DNA of 63,829 nt, counting the filler, from Octopus bimaculoides (taxonomy: Eukaryota): the NCBI RefSeq assembly GCF_001194135.2. It is 6 parts of 6 records of this genome, joined end to end, with 100 filler letters (N's around TTAATTAATTAA, not from the genome) between each part and the next. Parts side by side here need not be neighbours in the genome. Positions count along the whole stretch, not along the records: positions 1 to 25,289 come from NC_068996.1; positions 25,390 to 48,362 come from NC_068991.1; 4 more parts are not named here. The stretch is one strand, 5' to 3'. Positions 12,068 to 25,443 of the stretch are shown piece after piece; position 1 is the first letter of the stretch; the number at the start of each line of letters is the position of its first letter. Below the pieces are notes generated by a model. The model ran no database searches. It had not been told where the DNA came from and saw nothing but the letters and a program-made list of their open reading frames with translations. The position numbers were made by a program, and so were the translations under genes.

Positions 12068-13574
12068 CATACATACATACATACATACATAAATCCACGA
12101 TCTAAAAATCTGAGCGTAGGAAGTTGGTAAGCTCCAAGCAGTGAGTGACAGTTATAAAGAACAAAAAGTGGATAGTGTGGGATAAGAAACAATTTATTGT
12201 CATGGAAAGTTCCACACTTTTTCCCATATCGAATTTGCAAGGAAATTCGATAAACTGATAGTTTGGATATAGCTCACAGTTAGCAAGTAGAGGTGCTACA
12301 AATATGAATAAAAATTCAAATTGTGAGAGTGGAACAGATAAAATACACGTTACATATGTTTCTTAGCTAATTAAACTCACGATGTAATAGTTATGCGACG
12401 ATCTATGCTCAACGTAGCTAACCATCAAACTGAAATGAAGGTTATATTGTCGCTCGGAATTTCTAAGTCAGCTACAAAAGAGTCGTGAGTTTCACTGAAT
12501 AGAGAAGCCAGTAATAAATAATAATAATAATAAAGACGGAAATAAAAACAAAAAAGTCAAAAAGTATGTCAAGAGAACCAATGAACGATAAGCAAAGGGT
12601 GAGACCTAAAATATGCTAGTGTGGGTGTGGTTTAGAGCTGAGGAGTAGAAAGAGAGGGAGAGAGGAAGAAAAAAGAAAATAGAATGATTGTTATCGTTAA
12701 GGGGAAAAACTTTTGGTCATAAACTTTCATCCAAGAGAAATGACGAGCGCATCGCAGAAAGAGTTTACCTGGTTGTTTCAGAAAGAAAACTGCAATAATG
12801 TGAGATATATTCGTTACTAAATATCATGTCTTATCGGGGAGGAATACACTTTTATGGTATATATTGATATTCGTTATAAATGTATCTTAAAAACAGTTTC
12901 TGACTAGATTTTAGAACATTCGTGAAAGTCTAAGAATAGCACCTCTAGAATAGATGTCTATAACGTTGTGTTTTCTAGTTATAAGGAAACGAAAATTTCT
13001 TCAAAAGCGTATTTCATGAAGAAAAAGAAAAAAAAACAAAAAAAAACAAAGAAAAAGAAAATAACAGTAGGAATCCGCTGTAATCTTTAAGATTTTTCAA
13101 AGAATTGTTACATTAAAGAGTTCTTTGACTATTCGCTCCGTTTGTAGTTGTTTCCTTCCGAAGGCGTTTTGTCGTGGGCAGCGAATACTTTGAAGTGACT
13201 GGATCGAGTCGTAAGTTTGTCAAAGAAATACAATTCTATCTAACCATGAGCACAAAACAAGAAATATAATTAAAGTTCCTGTTTATTTAGCTTTAATAAT
13301 TTATGAAAATTATAATTGTAATAAATGGCAAGAGATTCGAGTCAGATATAATTCGTAGAATGTGAGGCTGAAATAACTTCAGGAACTAACTTGGGATTAA
13401 AGTTTCACAATGACGAATTTTCATGTTTTATATTAATTTAGTTTATTAGAACTTGAAATTATCTGGTGTTATATTGCAAGGGATGTTAAAACAGACCTTC
13501 CTTATTTGAGAAGAAAAAATTAATAAAACCTGCTAACTGTAAAAATATAGTCAATTCACACTGACGAACGCACG

Positions 13575-13615
<41 letters not shown>

Positions 13616-13956
13616 ACACCTCCCAGTGGCGTACGAAGGGTGTTGCCAAAATGTGTACGCATTTTGTCACTGAGTTAATTTTGTCATGCATAAATATAAC
13701 TCAAAATGGACATAGCTTAATCTTTGTTTCTGCATTATTATAATCATCTTCTTGACTCAGCATTGATAATTATTTATGGTTAGAATTCAATAAGCCAAAA
13801 ATTGCTCAAAGCACTTCTCATGATCTTCCTTGTTCCTAAGAGGCAAACCTTCCATTGAAGCTCTACAGGTCGTTCCATTCCATTTCAATCTCCTTTATTT
13901 ATTTGTCTATTTCATCACTCATAGTTCCTAATTCACCAATTATCACAACTATAAGC

Positions 13957-14151
13957 TCTTCTTCTTCTTCTTCTTCTTCTTCTTCTTCTTCTTCTTCTTC
14001 TTCTTCTTCTTCTTCTTCTTCTTCTTCTTCTTCTTCTTCTCCTCCTCCTNNNNNNNNNNTCCTCCTCCTCCTCCTCCTTCTTCTTCTTCTTCTTCTTCTT
14101 CTTCTTCTTCTTCTTCTTCTTCTTCTTCTTCTTCTTCTTCTTCTTCTTCTT
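13957..14151. repeat. (CTT)n/(CCT)n microsatellite split by a 10-N gap
   Basis: Direct reading; produces the poly-Ser/Leu/Arg/Glu ORFs. Confidence 0.95.
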
Positions 14152-14399
14152 CGCTGGACTTGGATCAAAAAGGCAGATGAGAGGAAGACTGGCAAATGGA
14201 TCGAGAGTGCATGAACAAAGTAGACATGATCAGCTTACTCAAAGGAACAGAGGCCTTGTAAAACCATAGAAAAGCAAAGGAGACAGCAAGCTTGTGGTGC
14301 ATGGACAGGAACCTTTCAGTGATAGTACGCGTAGCACCATTCAAGATGTTAGTGAATATTAATCCGTAAAGAGAATTGGAATGGAAGTCAAGAAAAGAC

Positions 14400-14850
14400 T
14401 ATTGAAGTGATACATCTGGTCGGTGCTAACGTAGGGATGTGAGTCTTGGATGATAAGCAAAGAGAAGAGACACAAGGCTGCAGAAATGTGGTTTTATAGA
14501 AAAATGCTTAGAATCTCGCGGGTACAGAGGGTGATGAATGTGGAAGTGATGAAGAAGATGAATCTGAAGAAACAGTTGATGGATACTATCAGAGAGAGAG
14601 AGAGACAGTGGAGATTTGTTGGTCATTTTCTCAGAGAGGAAGACGGAACGGAGCGTTACATGGCGGGGACTGAGCTGGTTGGGAGGGAGAGCGAGAGGAA
14701 GGCAGAGAATGAAGATGTTCGAAACTGGATGAAGGAGAGATTAAATGTGCAGAGCGAGAAAGACTTGGGTTGCTAGGGACAGAAATAAATGGAGGAAGAA
14801 AAAGCCATGATTCGTCAACGGCATGAATATGTCATGACACAAGAGAGATG
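14400..14850 (+). mobile_element. RTE-clade LINE 3' fragment
   Basis: VLT*GCESWMISKEKRHKAAEMWFYRKMLRIS...V.NVEV....IRERERQWRFVGHFLRE, the standard RTE C-terminal motif series. Confidence 0.85.
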
Positions 14851-15204
14851 GTGCATAGGACCGAATTCCCGATTTCTCTGGCGTATATATATATATATAC
14901 ACACACATATATATATATATATATATANNNNNNNNNNNNNNNNNNNNNNNNNNNNNNNNNNNNNNNNNNNNNNNNNNNNNNNNNNNNNNNNNNNNNNNNN
15001 NNNNNNNNNNNNNNNNNNNNNNNNNNNNNNNNNNNNNNNNNNNNNNNNNNNNNNNNNNNNNNNNNNNNNNNNNNNNNNNNNNNNNNNNNNNNNNNNNNNN
15101 NNNNNNNNNNNNNNNNNNNNNNNNNNNNNNNNNNNNNNNNNNNNNNNNNNNNNNNNNNNNNNNNNNNNNNNNNNNNNNNNNNNNNNNNNNNNNNNNNNNN
15201 NNNN

Positions 15205-15260
15205 AACCACAGTCTTGCGATCATGAGTCCAACATCCTAACCACTAAGCCATGCGCCTCC
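15205..15260 (-). mobile_element. SINE family A head (remainder in gap)
   Basis: Reverse complement reads ggaggcgcatggcttagtggttaggatgttggactcatgatcgcaag. Confidence 0.75.
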
Positions 15261-15388
15261 ACAATTTCGGCAGCTTTTTAATAAAGCATATTACTCTACC
15301 TCTGGTATTCGAGTACTAATTTTCCACCTTGTTTTGCATTCATGTGCTTACTCCGGTACGCATGTATGTATGTATGTATGTATGTATG

Positions 15389-15424
<36 letters not shown>

Positions 15425-15911
15425 GACACACACACACACATATTGACTGGCCTTTTTTCATAGTTCGTCGACAATATTGGAGAGACAATAATTGAAGCAT
15501 TTCTGCTGTTCCTGGGAGGTTTCCAGAAGCAAATGTCAGGATTCACGTACACTAACCACTTCTCCACTCTTGGATATGTTGGCAACAGCCATGGAACCGT
15601 TGGGAGTGCTACATATTGATTAAATAAAACTGTACATATCTACCTTAAAGTCTGTCCCTCCGGATTTCCTGTACGGATTTATTCCCTTCGCCTTTTTAAG
15701 CACTCAGTAAATTACCCCCGAAGACAGAGATATTTATTATTAAAGTGGTCATGGTTTGTGCAAAACGAATCCCACTCTCTCGACCTTCAAGTTTGTACTG
15801 ATATTTGGCAACAAGTGCCACGAGTTCAGTGATAGTTATTAAGATTTCTTTTCCCTTAGATGATTTGTTAAACATTCTTTTATTTATTTATTCATTTATT
15901 TATTTATTTAT

Positions 15912-16119
15912 TTATTTTAATTGTTTTAGCCACTAGATTGCGGTCATGCTCAGGCAGCGCCTTGAAGAAATTTTAGTCGAATTTACAGATCCCAGTAATA
16001 AAATTTTTTTTAAAGCTTGCTACCTATACTATACTTACAAGCTAAGCAAAAGGTGTAAATACGCAACTATATTTATATGTAAGTTTTAAAAAATACGGAA
16101 CAAGAACATAAAGAACGAC

Positions 16120-16158
<39 letters not shown>

Positions 16159-16322
16159 TACGACTGACTTCTTTCAGTTGTAAGTCTACAAATTCCACCA
16201 ACAAGACTTTAGTCGGCCCAATGCTATATAGTAGCAGACAGTTGCGCAAAGTGCCGCGCAGTAGGACTGGATCCAAAACCATGTCGTTGAGAAGCAAGCT
16301 TCTTACCTCGCACCCACGCCTG
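15912..16322 (-). mobile_element. SINE family B (degenerate, both modules, internal (GATA)n)
   Basis: 3' module at about 15912-16030 and 5' module at about 16155-16322 on the minus strand. Confidence 0.6.
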
Positions 16323-16647
16323 TAAGAGACATTTTATATGTAATTCTAAGTAAATGTTTGTATTTATATGTCGGACTAAAACTGTAAGTGCATACATGTG
16401 TGTATGAGTATTGTATGCTTTATTAGGTATTAAATGGAAGACCATAGTTTCAAACAGGATTTTGAGTGAATATATGCGATCCTCAGTAAAGGCTACACAA
16501 ATACTATTAAATCAAATTCGTGTGAAACCATGCTGCGGATTTAATGGTGTAATCGCATGCACATATGTTTCCGTAAGAGATTGTACACACTTTTCTTAGA
16601 AGCGAGCGTGCATTGTAGATATATACATATACATACATACATACATA

Positions 16648-16696
<49 letters not shown>

Positions 16697-16865
16697 CTAT
16701 ATGTGTGTATCTACATGCGTACACAAGTAAATGTGTTTGCATATGTATGTATGTAGACGCAATCATTCACATGTAATTATGCGTGTAATTCTGTGTATAT
16801 ATATATTATACACATCTGTGTCTCTGCATGTCTGTCTGTCTGTCTGTCTGTCTGTGTATGTGTAT

Positions 16866-16946
<81 letters not shown>

Positions 16947-17033
16947 GAGGGAGAGAGAAAGAGACAGATAGACAGACACAGATAAACAGATAAATAAAGA
17001 AATAAAAAGATGAAAAGAAAGAAAGGATTAAAG

Positions 17034-17126
<93 letters not shown>

Positions 17127-17847
17127 CAGAGAAATAGGTAAGACAAGTACTGGATGCATGTGTAAGTGTATGAACGCGCATAAATGTAAACACACACACA
17201 CACACAGACACATACACAAACAAACATATTCGTAGATACCTAAACATACATTCGTACTGACGTAACTACATACATACACAAACACACATACATACCTACA
17301 TACATACATAAATGCATGCATACATATATACATACATACAATACGCACACACATACACTCAAAGACATACACACACAGACATTCATACACAAGTTCGCAC
17401 ATACACTCATACGTATATATGTAGAAGAGCATACATTCACGGACAGAATAAGAAATTAAATGATTTGGTTAGTGACGTCCATATATGGATATCTATCTAT
17501 ACTTAAGAGTTTAGAGTAACTTAGTTTCCTTTCGTTGCTAAGACAGTTGATTGTATCAAGATTTTCTTCATACACATACATATATATACTATATGCATAC
17601 ATACGTATACACACAAACACACATTTATTTATTCATTCATTTCTTTTTTTTGTTGTTATTTTAATATGTTTTATTTACTTTCCATGCTTCAATTTCTTAT
17701 CAATATTTGTTTCAGCCGATGAATTGAGTTCTCTTATCTGTATATTGGTGGTCTGTTTATATTTTATGCACGTTTACACTCACATAAACACACACCACGC
17801 GCGCGATACACACGCACACACGCACACACGCACGCCCATACACGCAG

Positions 17848-17879
<32 letters not shown>

Positions 17880-18801
17880 NNNNNNNNNNNNNNNNNNNNN
17901 NNNNNNNNNNNNNNNNNNNNNNNNNNNNNNNNNNNNNNNNNNNNNNNNNNNNNNNNNNNNNNNNNNNNNNNNNNNNNNNNNNNNNNNNNNNNNNNNNNNN
18001 NNNNNNNNNNNNNNNNNNNNNNNNNNNNNNNNNNNNNNNNNNNNNNNNNNNNNNNNNNNNNNNNNNNNNNNNNNNNNNNNNNNNNNNNNNNNNNNNNNNN
18101 NNNNNNNNNNNNNNNNNNNNNNNNNNNNNNNNNNNNNNNNNNNNNNNNNNNNNNNNNNNNNNNNNNNNNNNNNNNNNNNNNNNNNNNNNNNNNNNNNNNN
18201 NNNNNNNNNNNNNNNNNNNNNNNNNNNNNNNNNNNNNNNNNNNNNNNNNNNNNNNNNNNNNNNNNNNNNNNNNNNNNNNNNNNNNNNNNNNNNNNNNNNN
18301 NNNNNNNNNNNNNNNNNNNNNNNNNNNNNNNNNNNNNNNNNNNNNNNNNNNNNNNNNNNNNNNNNNNNNNNNNNNNNNNNNNNNNNNNNNNNNNNNNNNN
18401 NNNNNNNNNNNNNNNNNNNNNNNNNNNNNNNNNNNNNNNNNNNNNNNNNNNNNNNNNNNNNNNNNNNNNNNNNNNNNNNNNNNNNNNNNNNNNNNNNNNN
18501 NNNNNNNNNNNNNNNNNNNNNNNNNNNNNNNNNNNNNNNNNNNNNNNNNNNNNNNNNNNNNNNNNNNNNNNNNNNNNNNNNNNNNNNNNNNNNNNNNNNN
18601 NNNNNNNNNNNNNNNNNNNNNNNNNNNNNNNNNNNNNNNNNNNNNNNNNNNNNNNNNNNNNNNNNNNNNNNNNNNNNNNNNNNNNNNNNNNNNNNNNNNN
18701 NNNNNNNNNNNNNNNNNNNNNNNNNNNNNNNNNNNNNNNNNNNNNNNNNNNNNNNNNNNNNNNNNNNNNNNNNNNNNNNNNNNNNNNNNNNNNNNNNNNN
18801 N

Positions 18802-18836
<35 letters not shown>

Positions 18837-19032
18837 TATGCGCGCGCTTAGGCACTTGCGTGTATGCATGCTGGTACGTATTTTTGTATACGTCTTTGTC
18901 TGTGTATGTGTGTATGTATGTATATATGTTATATGTGCTTGTATATAAGTATGTGTATCTATCTGTCTGTTTGCCTGTCTGCCTGTTTGCCTGTCTGTCT
19001 GTTTGCCTGTCTGCCTGCATGTATATATGTGT

Positions 19033-19355
19033 GAAGACGCGTGGCTTAGTGGTTAAGGCATTCGGCTCATGATCGTAAGGTCATGAGTTCAATTCTCGGT
19101 GCCGCACTGTGTCCTTCAGCAAGGCACTTTATTTTCACGTTGCTCCAGTGTACACAGCTGGCAAAAATGAGTAGCACCTGTATTTCAAAGGGACAGCTTT
19201 GCCACGCTATGTGTCCTACTGGATCTGCCTTAGAACTACGTTAAGGGTACACGTGTCTGTGGAGTGTTCAGCCACTTGCATGTTAATATCATGAGCAAGT
19301 TGTTCTGTTGATCGGATCGACTGTAACACTCATCGGCGTAACCGACGGAGTGCCA
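19033..19355 (+). mobile_element. SINE family A (tail type 2)
   Basis: Same head and centre as 1174-1320 (cacgttgctccagt...cagctggcaaaaatgagta) but a different 3' half, followed by (ATGT)n. Confidence 0.8.
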
Positions 19356-19823
19356 ATGTGTATGTATGTATGTGTGTGTATGTATGTATGTATGTATGTA
19401 TGTATGTATGTATGTATGTATGCATGCATGTATGTATGTATGTATGTATGCATGTATGTACGTAAGTAGGTACGTATATATGTATGCATGTATGTATGTA
19501 TTACGTACGTACGAACGTATGTACGTACGTATGTATGTACGTACGTATGTATGCATCTATGTACGTTTGTATGTACTTATGTATGTATGTACGTACGTAT
19601 GTATGTATGTATGTATGTGTGTATACGTCTGTAAGTGCCTACGTACATACGTATGTATGTGTGTATATATATNNNNNNNNNNNNNNNNNNNNNNNNNNNN
19701 NNNNNNNNNNNNNNNNNNNNNNNNNNNNNNNNNNNNNNNNNNNNNNNNNNNNNNNNNNNNNNNNNNNNNNNNNNNNNNNNNNNNNNNNNNNNNNNNNNNN
19801 NNNNNNNNNNNNNNNNNNNNNNN

Positions 19824-19868
<45 letters not shown>

Positions 19869-20937
19869 GCATGTGTGTATGTATGTGTCTGTATGTATGT
19901 ATGTGTCCTTATGCATGTATGTTTGTATGTACATATGTATGTACGTATGTATGTGTGCATGTGTATATGTGAATGTATGTAAGTATTTTTGTATGTGCAT
20001 GTGTCTGTATATCTCTGTGTGCTTACGTATGTATATTATGTTCTAGAGAGGATTTTCCAATGTTTACAAATTTTGGACCGGCAACCGGTTCGATGACAAG
20101 TTTTAAAAATTGTATCAAAAATGAAGTGTTGGCAGCAGGAATATCATGTTCCCTTTGTCATCCTTTGTGCAACCATTCACAATTTAAATTTCGCAAAGGT
20201 TCGTAGCTATAAATTACCAAGCTACATCCGTCTGCAGTTAATTCAAGTTTAGTGATAATTTAGTACGTATCCTGTTGCTACGAAAATAAGATAAAATAGA
20301 TATAAAACTGGATGTATATTTTAAGAATTGTATTTGTAGGAACCTCATCAATATTCATATTTCTTTTGTATTTCTCTCACTACTCGATGTCAAGAGAGCA
20401 AGCCAACTTCCGGAACAAAACTCGTTATATTTTGCAGTCACAAACGACCATACCTGATAGCTTGTGTTTCAATTACATTCACATTAGTGAATCAACCGAT
20501 GTTTAATTCGTGCCTAACGATTATTTTTTCAATATACTATAGTTTCCGTTCATCTTTTTACCTTTCTAAGTTTTCTCTCGGATGTTATTAGTTGTTTTAT
20601 AGTTAATTTTGCACTTTGTTACTTTACCACTTCTTCCTTCCGAGCGCAATAAAATGCATACTGGTAACATATAAAAAAAAGGTCAATAGATTTATTCCAT
20701 CAATATTCCTTTGTTCCATCGATCTTCATATATTTATCCTTACTTTTTTATCTTTTTTTTTCTTCTTTAATTCTTACTCCATTCCAGATTGCTCTGGGAA
20801 TTGTATCTTAACTTATGAGAAAGTAAAATCTAGAGACCATTCTATTGATTTTTACTTTCTCACTGTAAAGAGACAGGGTTCAGCAACTCTATATATGTGT
20901 ATATTTGTACGTGTATGTGTTTATGCATGCATAAAAG

Positions 20938-21104
20938 CAGGGCCGGCCATAGGGTTGCTGGCGCCCCGAGCAAGCTGAACTTCGGTGTATACAAGCTGAT
21001 GGTCGTGGAAATATACTTGCCTTTATCATGCCCTCCTTGGCGCCACCGTAGCGGATGGCGCCCCGGTCGACTGCCAGAGTTGCCGGTACTTCGAGCCGGC
21101 CCTG
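20938..21104. mobile_element. Complete 167-bp MITE, hAT-type
   Basis: 10-bp TIRs CAGGGCCGGC/GCCGGCCCTG and a perfect 8-bp TSD CATAAAAG at 20930-20937 and 21105-21112. Confidence 0.9.
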
Positions 21105-21849
21105 CATAAAAGCATGTATGTATGTATGTATGTATGTATGTATGTATGTATGTATGTATGCGTGCATATATGAATATATGTATGTATGTACGTATGTGTG
21201 ATTGTATGTATGTGTGCATGCATGAATGTATGTATGTACGTATGTATGTATGCATGTATGAAAGCATGTATATATATATGTGTGTGTGTATATGAAAGCA
21301 TGTATATATGTACGAATGAATGTAAGTAATTGTGTGTATATGTGCGTGAGTCTATGCATGCATATTTGTACGAGTGTATGTATGCATGTATGTTTGTAGC
21401 TATGTTTGTATGTGTGTATGCATGTGTGTATGTATGTGCATATATATGTATTTATGAATGCATCTTTGTATGTATGTATGTATGTATGTGTGTGTGTATG
21501 TATGTATGTATGTATGTATGTATGGTATACATCCTAAAAATATTTTCACTTACGGTTATGAGTGCATTACTTGCACTTTTCGGAATGACGTTGCAATATC
21601 ACCATCTTCTCAAGTTGGTGAATTGTCAAAACTGTTCGCAAGCAGAATAAATTGTTTATTGGCGTTTCCTCTTTACGCTCTTTTTGCTATGGCGGCAATA
21701 ACCAATGCAAAGATACCATCAGCAGCAGCAGCAACGTCAGGGAAGAAAATAAGAAGAACAATGACAATAGCGCACGTGGGTCCTATGAATGTAATTTTCC
21801 CTTGCTTTTACCATCTCTTTACCATTGCAGGAACAAAAGGAATCTCTAG

Positions 21850-22755
21850 GTGCCAGGCACCCTGCCCCGATCTATGTTTGATGTTCCACCCAGGCTTTCC
21901 ACCCAGAATCTTTTTCCTGGCAGATGCAACGACGCCCACGGGGAGACTCTAGACGTCGATGAGAATGCTTTGGCTCGTCTGTTTCGGAGGACGATCGCGC
22001 CGAGGCCCTTGGATAATTTCCAGAAATCCTTGGCCTGGCAGTACCTCTGAAGAACTGATGCATTGCCTGTTTGGGATAAACTCTACAGGCATGTAAGTGC
22101 CATCAGCCGGGATTTCCCGAGGTGCACGCAGAGCGATGAAACTGTTCTGCACGCTCTCGTCTACTGCCCGAGCATTGCTGACTTGTGGGTTTATGTCGAA
22201 TACATGCTGTCGTCTGTAGAACGGATCTGGCTATCAGCTGGGTCCATCGGGAAAATTGCCCCGCCGCCTTCCTTTGGTTGGGAGGGGCAGGCAGTGTTTA
22301 TTTGCCTAGTGGCCTTAGCGAAAGTGGTTGTGTGATGGACCAGATTGAAAGGGCTAAAGACATACACTTTCTGCTTTGGCTAAGCCCTTACCAACTTTTT
22401 CAAGTTGATGGAAAGTGAGACTAGAGAGGGAAGTGCTGCATCCCAGCAATTTTGTCGAAGGGTGGGTGAATGTAGCGCCAATGGCCCGAGTGAACGGGCC
22501 TACTTTAAGCATGCGTTTTTAGATAGAGGGTAAATAAAGTGGAGAAGGCACTTGCCCTAGAGGTTTGAGCGATCGTGCTTTTTGTGGGATTTCCACGAGC
22601 AGCCCTTGAAAGCCTCCCTTTTTGGAGATTTATTTGTTTTAATATTTTCATTGTTATTACATTTTTTCACGAGTAAATCCAACACTTTTTGTGTTGTGTT
22701 GGCATGTGTCGCCCTCATTCTTTTATATAAACCCTCACTGGTGAATAAAGAAAAG
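21850..22755 (+). mobile_element. L1/Tx1-like LINE 3' fragment (zf-RVT region plus 3' UTR)
   Basis: FQKSLAWQYL*..ALPVWDKLYRH..RDFPRCTQSDETVLHALVYCPSIADLW matches the CCHC C..C...ET..H....C motif; several stops and frameshifts. Confidence 0.7.
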
Positions 22756-23875
22756 ATTATCATTATTATTATTATTGCCTTTGCACAGCTTCTAACGCTG
22801 GAGATGTACTACAGTGTCAGCTGTTCACTACCAGTGAACTAAGGTAACATCCCTTATTTTTCGAGCACCTTCCGGAGTATTCCAACGATTCCAAGCAGTG
22901 ATATTTTCTGCAAATGCTCCACCCTTATTGCAGCCCCTATTTGTTCCACGTACTTCTCGAGATTTTTGCTCACTGTTCTCAGGGCTCCGACAGTTATTGG
23001 TATTACTGCTACCTTTTTCATCGACCATAACTGCTTAACTTCCCAAGCTAACCTACCATATCTCTCGACCGTTCTTTCTTCCTTATTGCATACCTTGTTG
23101 TCAGCTGGGCATGCTATATCTATGATCCAGCATAATTTACTTTCTTTCTCAATTAAGACTATGTCTGGCTTCCTATTCTCTGTCTCATAGTCACACTGAA
23201 TCATAAAATCCCACAGGATCTTTGCATTTCTATTTTCGACAATGCCTTCAGGTTTGTGGTCGTACCAATTTTTCGCTCTGTCAAGTCCATACTTGTTGCA
23301 AAGTGTCCNNNNNNNNNNGTTTGTGGTCGTACCAATTTTTCGCTCTGTCAAGTCCATACTTGTTGCAAAGTGTCCAATGGACAAGCCTGGCTATATTGTC
23401 GTGGCGTCTCTTATATTCCTTCTGGGTTAGTGGTGTAAATTGGCTGGTGATATGCCATATGGTTTCACCGTTTTGTCCACAGATTCTGCACTTATCACTT
23501 TCTGATGTGCTGTCTATTCTGTATTTTATGTAGTCTGTTCTTAGTGCTTGCTCTTGGTTATCACAGATTAGAGCCTCCGTTTCCAGTTTTAAGTCACTTT
23601 TAGTCATCCACAGCCTTCTTTTTTCTCTGTCTGTCTTATCTTCAACATCCCAATGAAATTGTCCATGCATTCTTTTCTTTACCCACCTATTTTCAGTTTC
23701 ATTCGTTTTCAATTTCTTGTATAATGCTTTATCTTTGCAATCTTTCATCCTACACAAGCCTGACCTTCTTACTTCTAATAATAGCGGTTATGTGGCATTT
23801 ATTACAGTCCATGCTATGTTGTTTTCTTCTGCTCTAATGCTGTGTTCGCATCCAATAAGTCCTCTTATTGTAAAT
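22756..23875 (-). mobile_element. R4/Dong-like non-LTR retrotransposon 3' part (CCHC plus restriction-like endonuclease)
   Basis: RGLIGCEHSIRAEEN; LKLETEALI..QEQALRT; CRICGQNGETIWHI; RHDNIARLVHW; KILWDF; RKPDIV..K...WIIDIACP; VIPITVGAL. The (AAT)n 3' tail is at about 22756-22780. Confidence 0.92.
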
Positions 23876-24496
23876 ACCATACTTACAATAAATTGTAAGT
23901 ATGGTATTAACAGAAGAAAAACAAGAAAATTGCAGCAATGTTGCGTGATAGTGGTGTCAGACGTGGCATGTAGACCATCATATAACTTGTTCGACATCGC
24001 GTTTCCATTTTTGTCTTTCGTTCTATTTTGACATGCGCATTGCGCTTCTAATCTTCTCTTCCGTCTTACGAATTCAGTGTGCACATGAACATTCCGTGTT
24101 CATACTTGTCTTTCCAGTTCCTACTCAAAACCGTTTACAGATCACAACCACCATATGAACCTGCGGTCGTGATGAGAGCTTCGCGATCCTGATGGTTGCG
24201 AACAAAAAAAAAAAGAAAAGAAAGAAAGAAAGAAAAAAACAATAAGAAAACTGAGTTACTTTCAGTATAAAGACAGAATACGGTATGTTTGCTATCTCGT
24301 TTTACTGTAGAAGGCAGATCACCTTTGGCGTGAAAGATCATGTCAGTCCTCGCCATATTGCATTTTGCTTTTGCAACATTTCTGGAAATTAACGTAAATC
24401 ATAATGAATGAAAAAACAAACAAACACTAAATACACACACACAGCAACATACACACACAGTAAAACACGCACATACACACACATACACACATACAC

Positions 24497-24548
<52 letters not shown>

Positions 24549-25247
24549 ATAAACACACATATGGACATATTCAAAGTTCTACAAGCAGCGCTGCAAATAA
24601 ATACTGGGCAATTCAGTTATTCCATATGAAAGAAAAAACGGCGTCTCTCTTAACTTCTCACATATTTCAAGTCTGCTGTTATGGCAGATCGACTACGACA
24701 GAAAAAGAGAAAAGAGTCTCGCAGAAAACTGCATTATAGGAAAAAAAGTATCACAATAAACAACTGATTCAATATTTTCTTTTTTGGTTTATTGTTTCAT
24801 TTTTTTAAGCTGTTCAACAAAATATTATGTTTTTTTCTGTACATGTATAATGCCATTATACAAATTGTGTTGTCTTTGTGTACAAGTCATGTATTGTCAG
24901 TTGATAACTGACTTAAAATGATGTTTAATTACTTTATTGATTATTTATGGTATTTAAATTAAATGTGGCAATTTTCTCCTTCCTTGAAAATTTATTTCTG
25001 CTCACCGTTATGACTACAACCTTTGCTAACATCGAATAAATAGTCGCCCTCTTGTCCTCTTTCTCGACAGCGAATGTTGTAAAAACAATTAGCAACCAAA
25101 CGAGACTCATTGAATCAGACGCGCGCGCTCATACACACTCAGACACACAATCACATACACACGCACATACACAAACACAAACCTCAAAGGTACTCACTCT
25201 GACTGTTAAACTCGCATATATCAATCAATATGCCTCTCTCTGAACAC

Positions 25248-25289
<42 letters not shown>

Positions 25290-25389
25290 NNNNNNNNNNN
25301 NNNNNNNNNNNNNNNNNNNNNNNNNNNNNNNNNTTAATTAATTAANNNNNNNNNNNNNNNNNNNNNNNNNNNNNNNNNNNNNNNNNNNN
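25290..25389. other. Artificial scaffold-join linker
   Basis: 44 N + TTAATTAATTAA + 44 N = 100 bp. Confidence 0.95.

Positions 25390-25443
<54 letters not shown>

Noticed and set aside
21458-21952. 164-aa ORF as a complete gene
   Set aside because: It starts in a microsatellite and runs into a LINE fragment; only the middle part is kept as a weak exon candidate.
23252-23375. 57-bp internal duplication in the R4-like element
   Set aside because: It is an exact overlap on both sides of a 10-N gap, which is an assembly artefact.
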